A DNA stretch of 63,850 nucleotides, filler included, from Chiloscyllium plagiosum (Eukaryota), in NCBI RefSeq assembly GCF_004010195.1. It is 6 parts of one record of this genome, joined end to end, with 100 filler letters (N's around TTAATTAATTAA, not from the genome) between each part and the next. Parts side by side here need not be neighbours in the genome. Positions count along the whole stretch, not along the records: positions 42,833 to 55,736 come from NC_057710.1; positions 55,837 to 60,278 come from NC_057710.1; positions 60,379 to 63,850 come from NC_057710.1; 3 more parts are not named here. One strand, 5' to 3'. Made by a program: the position numbers and the translations under genes. The notes under the pieces were generated by a model, which saw nothing but the letters and a program-made list of their open reading frames with translations, was not told the DNA's origin and did no database searches. Below are positions 49,885 through 63,404 of the stretch, one piece after another. Position 1 is the stretch's first letter, and every line of letters starts with the position of its first letter.

Positions 49885-52550
49885 TAAGCAAACCCTGTCT
49901 TTCCAAATTGATGTATATTTTATCTCTTAGAATCTTCAAGTAATTTACCTACCACAGATGTTAGGCTTACTGGTCTATAATTAGCGGGTTTTTCTTTGCT
50001 GCCCTTCTTGAACAAGGGCACAACATTTGCTGCCCTCCAGCCTTCTGGGACTTCAGCCAGGCTGACGATGATGAAAAAATATCAGCCAGGAGTCCTGCAA
50101 TGTCTTCTCTAGCTTCTTTGCAATGTTCTTGCATATATGTGGTCAGGACCAGAGATTTATCCACCTTCATACGTTCTAATATGTCCAACACCTCTTCTAA
50201 CATGATACGGACTGTCCCCAAAATCTCAATACTAACTTCCCCCAAGTTCCCAAGTCTTCTTGTCTTTTTCCACGGTTGACTCAGAGGAGAAATATTCATT
50301 GAGGACCTTGCCCATCTCCTGCAGTTCTAAACTTACACGTCCACTATGGTTCTTGAGGGGTCCTATTCTTTCTCTGGTTATTCATTTTCCTTTAATATGC
50401 TTAAAGAACCTTTCTGGATTCAACCTAATCTTCTCAGTCAAGTCTATCTCGTGCCCCCTTTTCGCCTTCCTGATTTCGTTCTTCTTTCGTTCTTGTATCC
50501 CCTATATACCTTCAGGGATTCCCTTGATCCCAGCTGCCTATGCCTGAGCCATGCTGCCTTTTTTCTGGTCAATACCTCAATATCTCTTGTGATCTGAAAT
50601 TCCCTATTCCTGCCAACCTTGCCCTTCACCCTCAGGAACAACTCACTCTTCCACTTACTGGATGTCTCTTGGCCTCCAAACAAACTACCTCAATCAACCC
50701 CCGATGATGTAAAAATAATATGAGCAACATAAACAGAGTAGATGGAGGGGGCATAAATATATAATAAGGGGAAAGAGGTTGAGAGGAAATGTGAGGAAAA
50801 GCTTTTTAATCCAGCTTGGAGTGGGAATCTGTAACTCACTGCCTTTAAATGTAGTTGAGGCAGAAAATGTCATAACCTTAAAGAGATACTTAAATGTGCA
50901 CTTAGAACATAGAACAATACAGGGCGCCGACCTGTGAGCTAATCTAAGCCCAACCCCCATACACTATTTAAATGTCTCTGATGTGGCTGAGTTAACTACA
51001 TTGGCAGGCAGGCCATTCACGCCTTTACTATTCTCTGACATCTGTCTTAAATCTATCACCCCTCAATTTGCAGCTATGTGCCCTTGTACAAGCCGACATC
51101 ATCATCCTGCGAAAAAGATTTCCACTGTCCACCCATCTAATCCTCTGATCATCTTGTATGTCTCTATTCTTCAAAGCGTCGAATCTCCTGTTCCCTGGAT
51201 GCTGCCTGACCTGCTGTGCTGTTCCAGCAATAAAGTTTCAACTTTGATCTCCAGCATCTGCAGACCTCACTTTCTCCTCTATTAAATCCCCTCCTAGCCT
51301 CCTTCTTTCCAATGAGAACAGACCCAAGTCCCTCAGCCTTTCCTCATAAGACCTTCCCTCCAGACCAGGCAACATCCTGGTAAATCTTCTCTGCACCTTT
51401 TCCAATGCTTCCACATCCTTCCTGTAATGGGGCGACCAGAACTGTACACAATATTCCAAATGCGGCCGCACTAGCGTTTTGTATAGATGCAGCATGATAT
51501 TGCGGCTCCGGAACTCAATCCCTCTACCAATAATACCTGACACACCGTATGCCTTCTTAACAGCACTATCAACCTGGGTGGCAACTTTCAGGGATCAGTG
51601 TACATGGACACCAAGATCCCTCTGCACATCCAAACTACCAAGAATCTTTCTATTGTCCTAGTACTCTGCCTTCCTGTTATTCTTCCCAAAGTGAATCACC
51701 TCACATTTATCTGCATTGAATTCCATTGGCCACCTCTCAGCCCAATTCTGCAGTTTATCCAGGTCCCCCTGCAACCACACTGTCCACCAGTCCACCGACT
51801 TTAGTATCATCTGCGAACTTACTAACCCATCCAACTATGCCTGCGTCTAAGTTGTTTATAAAAATGACAAACAGCAATGGTCCCAAGAGAGATCCTTGTA
51901 GCATACCACCAGTAACTGGACTCCAGGCTAAATATTTTCCAACAACCACCACTTGTTGTTACTTACAGAAAGTCAGTTTCTAATCCAAACTGCTAAATCA
52001 CCATCAATCCCATGCCTCTGCATTTTCTGTAAGAGCCTATCATGTTGATCCTTATCAAATTCTATACTGAAATCCATGTACACCACATCAACTGCCCTAC
52101 CCGCATCCACATGCTTGGCCACCTTCTCAAACAATTCAGTGAGGTTTGTGAGATGTGACATGCCCTTGATGAAACCATGTTGACTATGTCCAATCAAGTT
52201 ATTGCTTACAGATGATTATAAATCCTCTCTCTTAGAATCCTTTCCACAGCTTTTCCTACAATAGACGTAGGGCTCCCTGATCTATAATTACTTGGGTCAT
52301 CTCTGCTGTACAACATTTGCAATCCTCAAATCCTCTGATACTAAAGCTGTAGATAATGGTGACTCAAAGATCAAGGCCAAAAATCACCATCCCCTATCTA
52401 ACTTCACAGAGAATCCTCGGATTAATCCCATCCAGTCCATGGGCCTTATCTACTTTCACACCTTCGAGAATTGATAACACCTCCTCTTTACTAACCTCAA
52501 TCCTTTCAAGTCTAATAGCCCATATCTCAGTCTTCTCCTCTTCAATATTC
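49885..52550 (-). mobile_element. Antisense CR1 fragments, with a short PLE terminus at 51169-51276
   Basis: LYKTLVRPHLEYCVQFW, QGSLLGPLLF, KFADDTK, VDVVYMDFS. Confidence 0.88.
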
Positions 52551-53339
52551 TCCACTTCCAATGCCACAGCATTCAAGGCTATGGACCAAGTGCTGAAATG
52601 CAATTAGAGTAGGTTGTTGCTTGGCTTTAACCCTGCTCAGATATTATTGCCTATTGACTTTCTGACTCTATGACACCTTCTCAAGTACAAAAAGATGGGA
52701 AGAACTGCTGCCCAAGGCAGCAAAGAATCAATTTTTAAAAATAACTTCTCCAAGTTCATCTCTTCCTTGAAACCCACCTCCTGCTTCCCTGACTGTGTAT
52801 GGAACAAATTACAAAATAACCAACTTGCTTCCTGAATTCTGTATTCACCCAAAATGTCAATGGTCCTCTTTGTTCTTGAAATCTGTTATGAACACCCATT
52901 CCTCAAAAATCCAAAGTTTATTGATAGCTACAAATTCCCCATAATCCCTAATCTCCCATTATCTCCAAAGTCCTTGAATATGTTGACACCTCCAAATCCA
53001 TGCATATTGTCTTGAATTCCATTTGAATCCTGACAATCAACTTTCTGCACCTGCCATAGTACTCTACAGCTCTTATCAATGTTTCAAACAAGTTCCTGTT
53101 TGATCTTAATAAAGTTAATGTTTTATGTTTAATAAATGATCTCGAGTGAAAGATCCTCTTGGCAGTAATGGTCATAACTTGATAGAATTCAACACTCAGT
53201 GTGAGAGCGAGAAACAAGGATTGGGAACAACTGTTTTTAATCCAGATAAAAAGAATTACAATAACATAAAGGATCAAGTTCGAAGAGAAGTGTCTGGTTA
53301 AATTGGATCGAATGACAGTAAGAAAGCAGTGGCAGACAT

Positions 53340-55485
53340 TTAGAACATAGAACATAAAACAGTACAGCACAATACGTGCCCTTCGACCCTCGATGTTGTG
53401 CTGGCCTTCTATCCTACTCTAAGATCTGACTAACCTTCATTCCCTTCCTAACTTCCATGTGCCCATCCAAGAGTCACTTAAATATCCCTAATGTATTTGA
53501 CTCGACTATCACTGCTGGCAATGCATTCCAGGTATCCAGCACTCACTAAGGAAAGAACTTACCCTCTGACATTTCCCATAAACCTTCCTCCAATTACTTT
53601 AAAATTATACCCCCTCATGATAGATATTGCTGCCATGGGAAAAAATCTCTGGCTATCCACTCTATCTATGCCTCTCAACATTTTGCACACCTCTATCAAG
53701 TCACCTTTCATCCTTCTTCATGCCAATGAAAAAGGCCCTAGCTCCCTCAACCTTTATTCATAAGACATGCCCTCCAATCCAGGCAGTACTCTGGTAAATG
53801 TCCTCTGCACCCCCTCTAAACCTTCCACATCTTTCCTATAATAAGGCGACCAGAACTGAACACAAGTGTGGTTTGACCAGGACTCTATAAAGCTGCAGCA
53901 TAACCTCGCGGCTCTTACTCATCCCTCTCAATGAAAGCCAACACATCATACACTTTCTTTACAACCCACTCAACTTGGGTGACAACTTTGAGGGATCTAT
54001 GGACATGGACCACAAGATCCCTCTGTTCCTTCACACTGTCAAGAATCCTGCCTTTCACCCTGTATTCTGTATTCAAATTTGACCTTCCAAAGTGAATGAC
54101 GTCACACTTTTCCAGGTTGAACTCCATCTGGCACATATCAGCCCAGTTCTGCATCCTGTCAATGTCCCGTTGCAACCTACAACAGCCCTCCACACTATCC
54201 ACAAATCCACCGATGTTCATGTCATCGCAAACTTACAAACCTACCCTTCCACTTCCTCATCCAATTCATTTATAAAAGTCACAAAGAGCAGAGGTCCCAG
54301 AACTGATTCCTTCAGAACCCCACTGGTCACCGAGCTGCAGGTTGAATGCTTTCCATCTACCACCACCCTCTTGTCTTCTATGGACCAGCCAATTCTGTAT
54401 CCAGACAGCCAGATTTCCCTGTACCCCATGCCATCTTACATTCTGAATGAGCCTACCATGGGGAACCTTATCAAACACCTTGCTAAAATTCACACACACC
54501 ACATGCAGTGCTCCACCTTCATCACTGTGTTTTGTCAAATACTCAAAGAATTCAATAAGGCTTGTGAGGCATGATCTATCCCTCACAAAGCCATGCTGAC
54601 GATCTCTAATCAAATTATGGTTTTCCAAGTAGTCATAAATCATGTCTTTCAGAATCCTCTCCAATACTTTACTCACCTCAGACATGAGACTGACTGGTCT
54701 GTAATTCCCAGGATTATCCCTATTCCCTCTCTTGAACAAGGGAATAACATTGGCCACTCTCCAGTCATCTGGCACTCCTCCAGTGGACATAATGATCTTC
54801 GCCAAAGGGGCAGCAATCTCTTCCCCCGCTTCCTATAGGAACCTAGGGTATATCCCGTCTGGCCCAAGGGATTTATGTATCCTTATGTTTTTCAAAATTT
54901 TCGGCACATCCTCCTTCTTAACATCAACCTGTTCTAGCATTTCAGTCTGTTTCATTCTGTCCTCAGAAACGGCAAGGTCCTCCTCAGTAGTAAATACGAA
55001 AGTAAGATATTAATTAAGGACCTCCCCTACTTCCTCGGACTCCAGGCACAAGGTCCCTCCACTAACCCTGATCGGCCCTACCCTCACTCTGCCCATCCTC
55101 TTGTTCCTCACATAAGTATAGAATGCCTTCAGGTTTCCCTTAACCCTACCCGCTAAAGCTTTTTCGTGGCCCCTTCTAGCTCTCCTCAGTCCATTCTTCA
55201 GTTCCTTCCTGGCTACCTTGTAACCCTCTAGAGCCCTGCCTGATCCTTGTCTCCTCAACCTTAAGTAAGCTTCCTTCTTCCTCTTGACTAGCTGTACTGC
55301 TTTCCTTGTCACTCAAGGTTATTTCAACCTACCATCCCTCCCTTGGGTCAAACATGTACAGCACTATCAGCTGGTACTTCCTAAACAACCTCCGCATTTC
55401 TGTTGTGCATTTCCCTACAAACATCTGTTCCCAATCTAGGCACCCCAGTTCCTGCCTCTGAGCTTTGTAATTCCCCCTCCTCCAA
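53340..55485 (-). mobile_element. CR1 ORF2 (linker, RT and 3' end)
   Basis: PGNYRPVSL, QHGF, FSKVFDKVPH, SVLGPLLF; (TAGAACA)n tail at about 53340. Confidence 0.94.
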
Positions 55486-55486
55486 T

Positions 55487-55736
55487 TAGATTAGATTACT
55501 TACAGTGTGGAAACAGGCCCTTCCGCCCAACAAGTCCACACCGACCCGCCGAAGCGTAACCCACCCAGACCCATTCCCCTACATTTACCCCTTCACCTAA
55601 CACTACGGCAATTTAGCATGGCCAATTCACCTAACCTGCACATTTTTTTTTTGGATTGTGGGAGGAAACCGGAGCACCCGGAGGAAACCCACGCAGACAC
55701 GGGGAGAATGTGCAAACTCCACACAGTCAGTCGCCT
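55487..55736 (-). mobile_element. HE1 SINE, cut by a gap
   Basis: Reverse complement of 2949-3272. Confidence 0.9.
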
Positions 55737-55836
55737 NNNNNNNNNNNNNNNNNNNNNNNNNNNNNNNNNNNNNNNNNNNNTTAATTAATTAANNNNNNNN
55801 NNNNNNNNNNNNNNNNNNNNNNNNNNNNNNNNNNNN

Positions 55837-56240
55837 GAAGGCTTTCCATTTTCCAGCCGTCCCTTTACCTGCAAACATCTGCCCCCAATCAGCTTTTGAA
55901 GGTTCTTGCCTAATACCGTCAAAATTGGCCTTTTTCCAATTTAGAACTTCAACTTTTAGATCTGGTCTATCCTTTTCCATCACTATTTTAAATCTAAAAG
56001 AATTATGGTCGCTGGCCCCAAAGTGCTCCCCCACTGACACCTCAGTCACCTGCCCTGCCTTATTTCCCAAGAGTAAATCAAGTTTTACACCTTCTGTAGT
56101 AGGTACATCCATATACTGAATCAAAAAACTGTCTTGTACGCACTTAACAAATTCCTCTCCAGCTATACCTTTTACACTATGACAGTCCCAGTCTATGTTT
56201 GGAAAGTTCAAATCCCCTACCATAACCACCCTATTACTCT
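55837..56240 (-). mobile_element. CR1 APE endonuclease fragment
   Basis: VVMVGDLNFPNIDW..KLDLLLGN..ASDHNS. Confidence 0.92.
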
Positions 56241-56427
56241 TAAATCTATTCATTAAAATTGAACAAGGAATTTGGGAAAAAAGAAAGGGAAGTAAGCAGA
56301 AAGAAGCCATATCAACATGGAAAAAGGTAGCGAGGGAAAAATGGGAAGAATCCATGCAATCATCGTGGAGGCAAAACTATATTAAAAGGGGAATTAGTCA
56401 TTAACTGAGGAAGGATCTGAACTAAAT

Positions 56428-56746
56428 TAGATTAGATTAGATTACAGTGTGGAAACAGGCCCTTCGGTCCAACAAGTCCACACCGACCCGCCGAAGCGCA
56501 ACCCACCCATACCCCTACATTTACCCCTTACCTAACACTACGGACAATTTAGCATGGCCAATTCACCTGGCCTGCACATCTTTGGACTGTGGGAGGAAAC
56601 TGGAGCACCCGGAGGAACCCACGTAGACACGGGGAGAATGTGCAAACTTCACACAGTCAGTCGCCTGAGGCGGGAACTGAACCCAGGTCTCTGGCGCTGT
56701 GAGGCAGCAGTGCTAACCACTGTTAGCAGTGCCACCGTGCCGCCCA
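56428..56746 (-). mobile_element. HE1 SINE, full length, inserted in ERV gag
   Basis: (GATTA)n tail through ...gccaccgtgccgccc. Confidence 0.92.
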
Positions 56747-57235
56747 CTATTGGACAGAACTAAAACGCAAATGTGAAGCACATGAATTAGAAGCAGAATT
56801 GGAATTGGCTAGGGAGAAAATTTTTAAAAAAGCAAAGATTCGGAATCTATACTGAAAAATCAAGGGCACCAAAGAAAACGGAATCCGGTGGATAAACAAA
56901 AGACTCGAGTTGCAACCGCGCAGGACAAAACTGACAAAGTCTGTTCCTTGTACCCCATCCTCACCTCTCCCAAAGATTGTTATGAAAGAAAGCCGATCCA
57001 TCTGTGGATGGGGAGTGGGATATTGATTCAGAAGAGGAATTATTTATGCCTCCTGTCCTGTCAGCCGACCTCCTCCGGTTCCCCACAAGAATCGTCCCCT
57101 TTACTCTGATGATGAACGTGCCGAGGCTCATGACCTTGCCCCAATTGTTTAGCCTAATAAGGATTCTGCTTACCATGAACCCATTGCCTACCACACTCGG
57201 AGTCAATTAAAATTAAAACGTGGAGGAAACACCGA

Positions 57236-57700
57236 AGAACATAGAACAATACAGTACAGAACAGGCCATTCAGCCCTCTATTACGCCGTCCTGTGTACTT
57301 TTTCTCAGCTCGTCCCCCGACACTATCCCAAAAGCATCTATGAGCTTATCTAAGTATTGTTTAAATCTCCCTAATGTGGCTGAGTTAACTGCCTTAGCAG
57401 GTAGGGCATTCCACGCCCTTACCATTCTCTGTGTAAAGAACTTGCCTTTGACATCAGTCTTAAATCTATCACCCCTCAATTTGTAGTTATGCCCTCTCGT
57501 ACAAGCTGACGTCATCATCCTAGGAAAAAAGGTCTTTCTCTGTCTACCCTATCTAATCCTCTGATCATCTTGTATGTCTCTATCAAATCCCCTCTTAGCT
57601 GCCTTCTTTCCAATAAGAAAAGACCCAAGTCTCTCAGCCTTTCCTCATAAGACCTTCCCTCCAGATCAGGCAACATCTTGGTAAATCTCCTCTGCATCTT
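57236..57700 (-). mobile_element. CR1 3' end inserted in ERV gag
   Basis: RRQLRGDLIETYK, TRGHNYKL, AWNALP. Confidence 0.92.
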
Positions 57701-59595
57701 AAAGAGACTCCTTTGATTTCCACTGCCCATAAGCTAATAAGTCCCGAAGACATCGATGATTTGCAATCAAAGTCTCAGGACCTTAATATCAGTCCTTGCA
57801 CTTACCCTGAGTGGGAGGGCCAAAAAGAAATTTCCCGAATAAAGGAATTCCTAACCAACAGGCCCTGAATCTAGGACAATCCCAATTTGTGGATCTTTCT
57901 CAACCATGGAAACCACATGAACTTTCAAGCATTATCAATAAGGCTCCAGATTATGGAAATAATCCTGAGGGATTTGTTAATTACATTAATAGGACTAGGA
58001 CCATTTATAATGCAGCCTCCCAAGACCTAATTCACCTCATAGTATACACCCTTTATCTTGAAAAATGGCTGAATTCTTAGAAATTTTACAATGTAATAAT
58101 CATACCCAGCTTGTAGTACGGCACCAGGCCAAACCTAACAGATCAGATTGGATTATTAACTGTCTTCGCCAAGCAGTATGTCATGCAGTTGATGTGGGTA
58201 AAGTCTTAAGATGTGAACCCAGCTCGAGCGAAGGGGCTAAGGAGTTCCTTGCCTGTTTCAAGGAATGCTATGGCGCTTACTCGGGTGACCCTAACTACCC
58301 ACAAAGGCGATCATCCCAATTTAATGCCCTGTGTATGACTGTGTTACCTGATCAGGTACAGAAAGCTATTAAAACCTACAACATCCACTGGCAAGATGCT
58401 GAGGTTGCACAATTCAACCAAGAAGTTTGTTACTTTTAGGAACTAAAGGATCCCAACAGTAAGGCTACCATCAACAAGGTCAAGACAGAACTTGCCCAAA
58501 CTGCAGGGGCTAAACCTAAACCCAGGATTCAAAATAGACCTGTCCGTCGCAAGGCCAGTCAGGCTATCAAATGGAACCCTCATACTATCATCCAGTATGC
58601 CAGGACAGTAGGACTAGTACCATGTATTCACAACATCTCAATGGACCTTTGGGTCCTCCTATGTATCCTCCCCAACAGTGAATGATACCCCTTACTCCCC
58701 ATACATCCCCTCACTACTCTTCACCAACCCCCTAACCACCCCCCCCCAAACCCCTAGAGTCCCCCAACAATCACACATTTGTTTCAGTTGTAATCAACCA
58801 GGACATTGGTTCAAGAACTGCCCTTTCCCATAGCAGCCCCCGGTTGATCGCTGGAATGGAAGCAACTGGCAATCTCTTGGTCACCCTCCCCAGGGACCTC
58901 AGCAGGTTGCCCCTTTTACAGCACAAAACCCTTTTCCATCCTTGACACCTGTGCTACAGCTATTCTCGCCCAGCAACATGACTCCTGATAGCGCTTTGTT
59001 GCATTTTATTCTACTAAGCTTGACCCTGTTGCTCAGGTTATGCCTTCCTGCACCCAGATTCTCCCCGCCATCCATACTATTAGTGGCTGCCTCTAATATA
59101 ACTTTGCATCAAAATGTAGAAGTCTGTGGTATACTTGTTTACCTTTAAAACATACTCAACACATCACTACAGTTCGCTATGAGATTTCATTACTTCAGAA
59201 TCGGCTTCTCTCCTTTAAATGCTGCTCTCACATTAACCCACTACATTCCTGCAGGAAGAACCTCTTGAACTGCCTGATCCTCCCCATGATTGTGTTTTCA
59301 TATATGACCTTGTTACTAAACCTTGTCCTGATCTTGCAGATCAAGCTTTTGTTAACTGGACCTTACACTTTATATCAATGGTTCTTCTATCTCTCCAGAG
59401 GGCAAATTCATGTCAGGATATGAGATTGTCACTTTGTCCCATACAATAAAAGCTTATTCTGACCAACCACCCTGTTCCGCCCAACAAGCTGAACTCCTTG
59501 CTCTTACCTGTGCCTGCGTACTTGCTGAAGGAAAGTCAGCTAATATCTATACTGATTCCTAGTACGCTTTTGGTCAATTCTGGCAGTAGCGCAGC

Positions 59596-60050
59596 TTTGA
59601 GTGGGAGCAGCGGCCGAGTAAAGGCGAACCCGGGAGACTACAGCTAAGGTAAGACAGTTTGTTTCAAAATTACTTACCTGTAGCGGGCAGCGGTGTTTTT
59701 TTTTCCCCCTTCACAAAAAGAGCGGGAGCAGCAGAGGAAGTGACGGCAAACAGAGGGGCAGCCGGGAAGGAGAACTGTGAGTATAAATACTCACCCTTTA
59801 ATCACCAATGGTCATTTGAGTGGGAGGAGCGTCCGAGTAAAGGCGAACCCGGGAGACTACAGCTAAGGTAAGACAGTTTGTTTCAAAATTACTTACCTGT
59901 AGCGGGCAGCGGTGTTTTTTATTCTCTCTTCACAAAAAGAGCGGGAGCAGCAGAGGAAGTGACGGCAAGCAGAGGGGCAGCCGGGAAGGAGAACTGTGAG
60001 TATAAATACTCACCCTTTAATCACCAACGGTCATTTGAGTGGGAGCAGCG
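59596..60050 (+). repeat. Tandem 219-bp monomers (two copies plus a partial third) forming a probable CR1 5' UTR
   Basis: Units 59596-59814 and 59815-60033 are near-identical; followed by ORF1-like ELELELDELRIIREAERVID..WVTVRG..SPVVVPLKN at 60108-60278. Confidence 0.85.
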
Positions 60051-60378
60051 GAAGTGAGGTTGGAGCGCATAGCTGGGCGGGAAGGTAAGTGATTAGTATT
60101 TGAGTGGGAACTGGAACTGGAGTTGGATGAACTGAGGATTATTCGAGAGGCTGAGAGGGTGATTGATAGAAGCTACAGTTACGCCGGAGAACAGAGGTAG
60201 CTGGGTAACAGTTAGAGGTGGGAAGGGGAAGAAGCAGGCAGTGCAGGGTTCCCCTGTGGTCGTTCCCCTAAAAAATAANNNNNNNNNNNNNNNNNNNNNN
60301 NNNNNNNNNNNNNNNNNNNNNNTTAATTAATTAANNNNNNNNNNNNNNNNNNNNNNNNNNNNNNNNNNNNNNNNNNNN

Positions 60379-61165
60379 TCCTTGTGGCACTCCACTGGTC
60401 ACAGGCCTCCAGTCTGAAAAATAAACTTCCACCACCAGCCTCTGTCTTCTACCTTTTGAGCCAGTTCTGTGTCCAAATGGCTAGTTCTCCCTGTATTCCA
60501 TGAGATCTAACCTTGCTAATCAGTCTCCCATGGGGAACCTTGTCGAACGCCTTACTGAAGTCCATATACATCACATCTACTGCTCTGCCCTCATCAATCT
60601 TCTTTGTTCCTTCTTCAAAGAACTCAAGTTTGTGATTTCCCATGCACAAAGCCATGTTGACTATCCCGAATCAGTCCTTGCCTTTCCAAATACATGCACA
60701 TCCTGTCCCTCAGGATTCCCTCCAATAATTTTCCCACCACCGAGGTCAGCCTCACCGGTCTATAGTTCCCTGGCTTGTCCTTACCACCCTTCTTAAACAG
60801 TGGCACCATGTGACGGGTGGTTTTTCAGACTGGAGGCCTCCGACCAGTGGAGTGCCACAAAGATCATTGCTAGGTCCACTTCTTTTTGTCATTTACATAA
60901 ATGATTTGGATGCGAGCATAAGAGGTACAGTTAGTAAGTTTGCAGATGACACCGAAATTGGAGAAGTAGTGGACAGCGAAGAGGGTTACCTCAGATTCCA
61001 CAAGGTTGTGAACAAATGGGCCAATGGGCTGAGAAGGGGCAGATGGAGTTCAATTCAGATAAATTCGAGGTGAAAGCAAATATTAGCAGGACTTATACAC
61101 TTAGTGGTAAGGTCCTTGGGAGTGTTGCTGAACAAAGAGACCTTGGATTGCAGGTTCATAGCTCC
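60379..61165. mobile_element. CR1 RT fragments in opposite orientations (60379-60808 minus, 60809-61165 plus)
   Basis: YMDFSKAFDKVPH on the minus strand; GVPQRSLLGPLLF..KFADDT on the plus strand. Confidence 0.9.
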
Positions 61166-62740
61166 TGTTAGGCCCCTTGCATTGAAATAAATGCAGTTTA
61201 ATTTATCAGTCCTACCTTGTTCTCTGCGTTGTCCCAGTATCAGATTGATCTCTTTCCTCACTATCTCCCTGGATCCCATCCACCTTACTAGTTTAAATCC
61301 TCCTGAGTAGCTGTCGCAAATTTCCCTGCCAATATGTTAATCACCTTCCAATTTAGGTGTAATCCGTCCTTCTTATACTGGTCACTTCTACCCCAAAAGA
61401 GATTCCAATGATCCAAACATCCTTCTCCTATACACCAGCTCCTCAGCCATGCATTCATCTGCTCTACCTTCCTATTCCTGCCCTCACAATCTTGTCGCAC
61501 CAGGAGTATTCCAGATATTACTATTCTCAAGGACCTCTTTTTTAACTTCCTGCCTAACTCTCTATAATCTCCCTTCAAAATCTTAACCTTTTCTCCTCCT
61601 ATGTCATTGGTTACAATTTGTACAGTGACATCCTGCTGGCCCCTTCCCCCGAGAACATTCTGCACCCTCTCTGAGAAATCATTATTTCTGGCACCAAGGA
61701 AGCAGCATACCATTCGCTGCTGGCCACAGAAACGTCTGCCTGCACATCAGACGAGGGAGTCCCTTAATACAATTGATGTCTTGGAAGCCGATGTACCCCT
61801 CATTGCATTAGAGCCAATCTCAATATCAGAAATTTGGCTGTTTGTGCTACGTTCCCCTGAGTGTCCATCACCCCCTACATTTTCCAAAACTGCATACTTG
61901 TTTGAAATGGAGATAGCCTGCAATAGCTCTCTTACCTTTCCTGGAGTTAACCCATCTATGTGACTGTATCTGCGACTTTTCTCCTTTCCTATAACTCCCA
62001 TCCATCACATCCTCTTGTAAATTCCTCATTGCCTCCTATGCCTCTCCAACCAATCCATTCGATCTGATAGGATTCGCAACCAATAGCATTTATTGCAAAT
62101 ATAATCCTCAGTAACCCGTAAACTCTCCCTAAACTCCCACATCTGACAAGAAGAACATATCAGGCTACTAAAGGCCATTTTTGCTCCTTCATAATCTACA
62201 GACCCAGAAAATAGCTCTGTCTTATTCCCCTACAAAACATTGCTCCAGGTTAAATTAATACTTATGGCTTATATTTTAAGTTTAATCAAGAGACATATCT
62301 TAATAAAACATATAATCAAGAAAGAAACCACTCTACTCACCATGGCAAATTTACTGTAAGGCCACACTTAAATATTCACTTCTGTTTCTGTGCTGTGACC
62401 TCTCCCAAACAGATTCCTCCAAGATTAGTTGTGAATTTCACTGTTTGTTAATTTTCCCAGACGCACTCCGATGTCCAGTGATACATGAATTCAAACCGCA
62501 AAGGCAGTAACTATGCAGGTTCACTGCTCTGTCAGTTTCTTTCTCTTTCTCTCTCTCTCTCTCTCTTTCCCCTGCACAGACCTCACCATGTGCTTCTTTT
62601 GTCTACTCCTCTCCCTTTTAATGCTGCTGTTGTTTAGACTTTTTTTTCTCCGAAATTCCAAAACAATGTAACAGCATATAAAACAGTAATTGCTGCTCCT
62701 GGAATTCGAGGAAATCATCTCCAACACCTAAAATACCTCA
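61166..62740 (-). mobile_element. CR1 5' UTR, ORF1 esterase and start of ORF2
   Basis: ISNKYAVLE, IVLRDSLV, MVCCFLGA, IVTNDIG, KKDGLHLN, LNCIYFNARGL. Confidence 0.88.
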
Positions 62741-62979
62741 AAAAAGAAAAAGACCCATTTATTCTTCCTCTTTGTTTCCCACCTGCTAACCAAATTTTTA
62801 TCCATCTCAGTCCCATCTGACAGTCCAAATAAACCACCCTCACTGGCTCCTCTGATCAACACCACTTGTTACATCCTTGAAGAATTCCAGTGGATTTGTG
62901 AAGCATGATTTCCTTTTTCTAAATTCACGCATACTGTGTCTGAATCTACCACAAGTTTAGAACAAAAAACAGTGCAGCC

Positions 62980-63245
62980 AGGGTGGCATGGTGGCTCAGT
63001 GGTTAGCGCTGCTGCCTCACAGCACCAGGGACCCAGGTTTGATTCTCCCCATGTCTGTGTGGGTTTCCTCCCACATTTCCGAAAGATGTACAAGTAAGGT
63101 GAGTTGGCCATGCTAAATTGTCCACAGTGTTCGTGCATTAGTCAGGGGTAAATGTAAGAGAATCGGCCTGAGTGGGTTACTCTTTGGAGGGTTGGTGTGG
63201 ACTTGTTGGGCCAAATGTCCTGTTTCTACACTGCAGTGAATCTCA
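62980..63245 (+). mobile_element. HE1-related SINE, internally deleted
   Basis: tRNA head and tail recognisable. Confidence 0.8.
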
Positions 63246-63404
63246 TCAAATAACAGGAAAGATCTCAAACAAGGAATTAGGAGAGCCAAAAAGGTCCACG
63301 AAATTTTTTTGGCAATTCCAAAACATTTTATACATAATTAAGGAGCATGAAGGTAGCTCGGGAAAGGGCAGGTCTACTCCAGGACAAAGGAGGGATTTAT
63401 GAAT

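Larger units (their letters stand above)
56241..59580 (+). mobile_element. Class I (gamma/epsilon-like) endogenous retrovirus remnant: gag, tether and RNase H; PR and RT core deleted
   Basis: LYPIL motif; capsid-like QPWKPHELSSIINKAPDYGNNPEGF; CFSCNQPGHWFKNC at 58780-58821; tether AILAQQH..RFVAFYSTKLDPVA..PSC; RNase H YINGSS..SAQQAELLALT.AC.LAEGKSANIYTDS*YAFG. Confidence 0.85.

Noticed and set aside
59671..59681. U1 snRNA 5'-end match
   Set aside because: Only about 10 nt with no U1 body, so it is treated as an antisense splice donor rather than a snRNA gene
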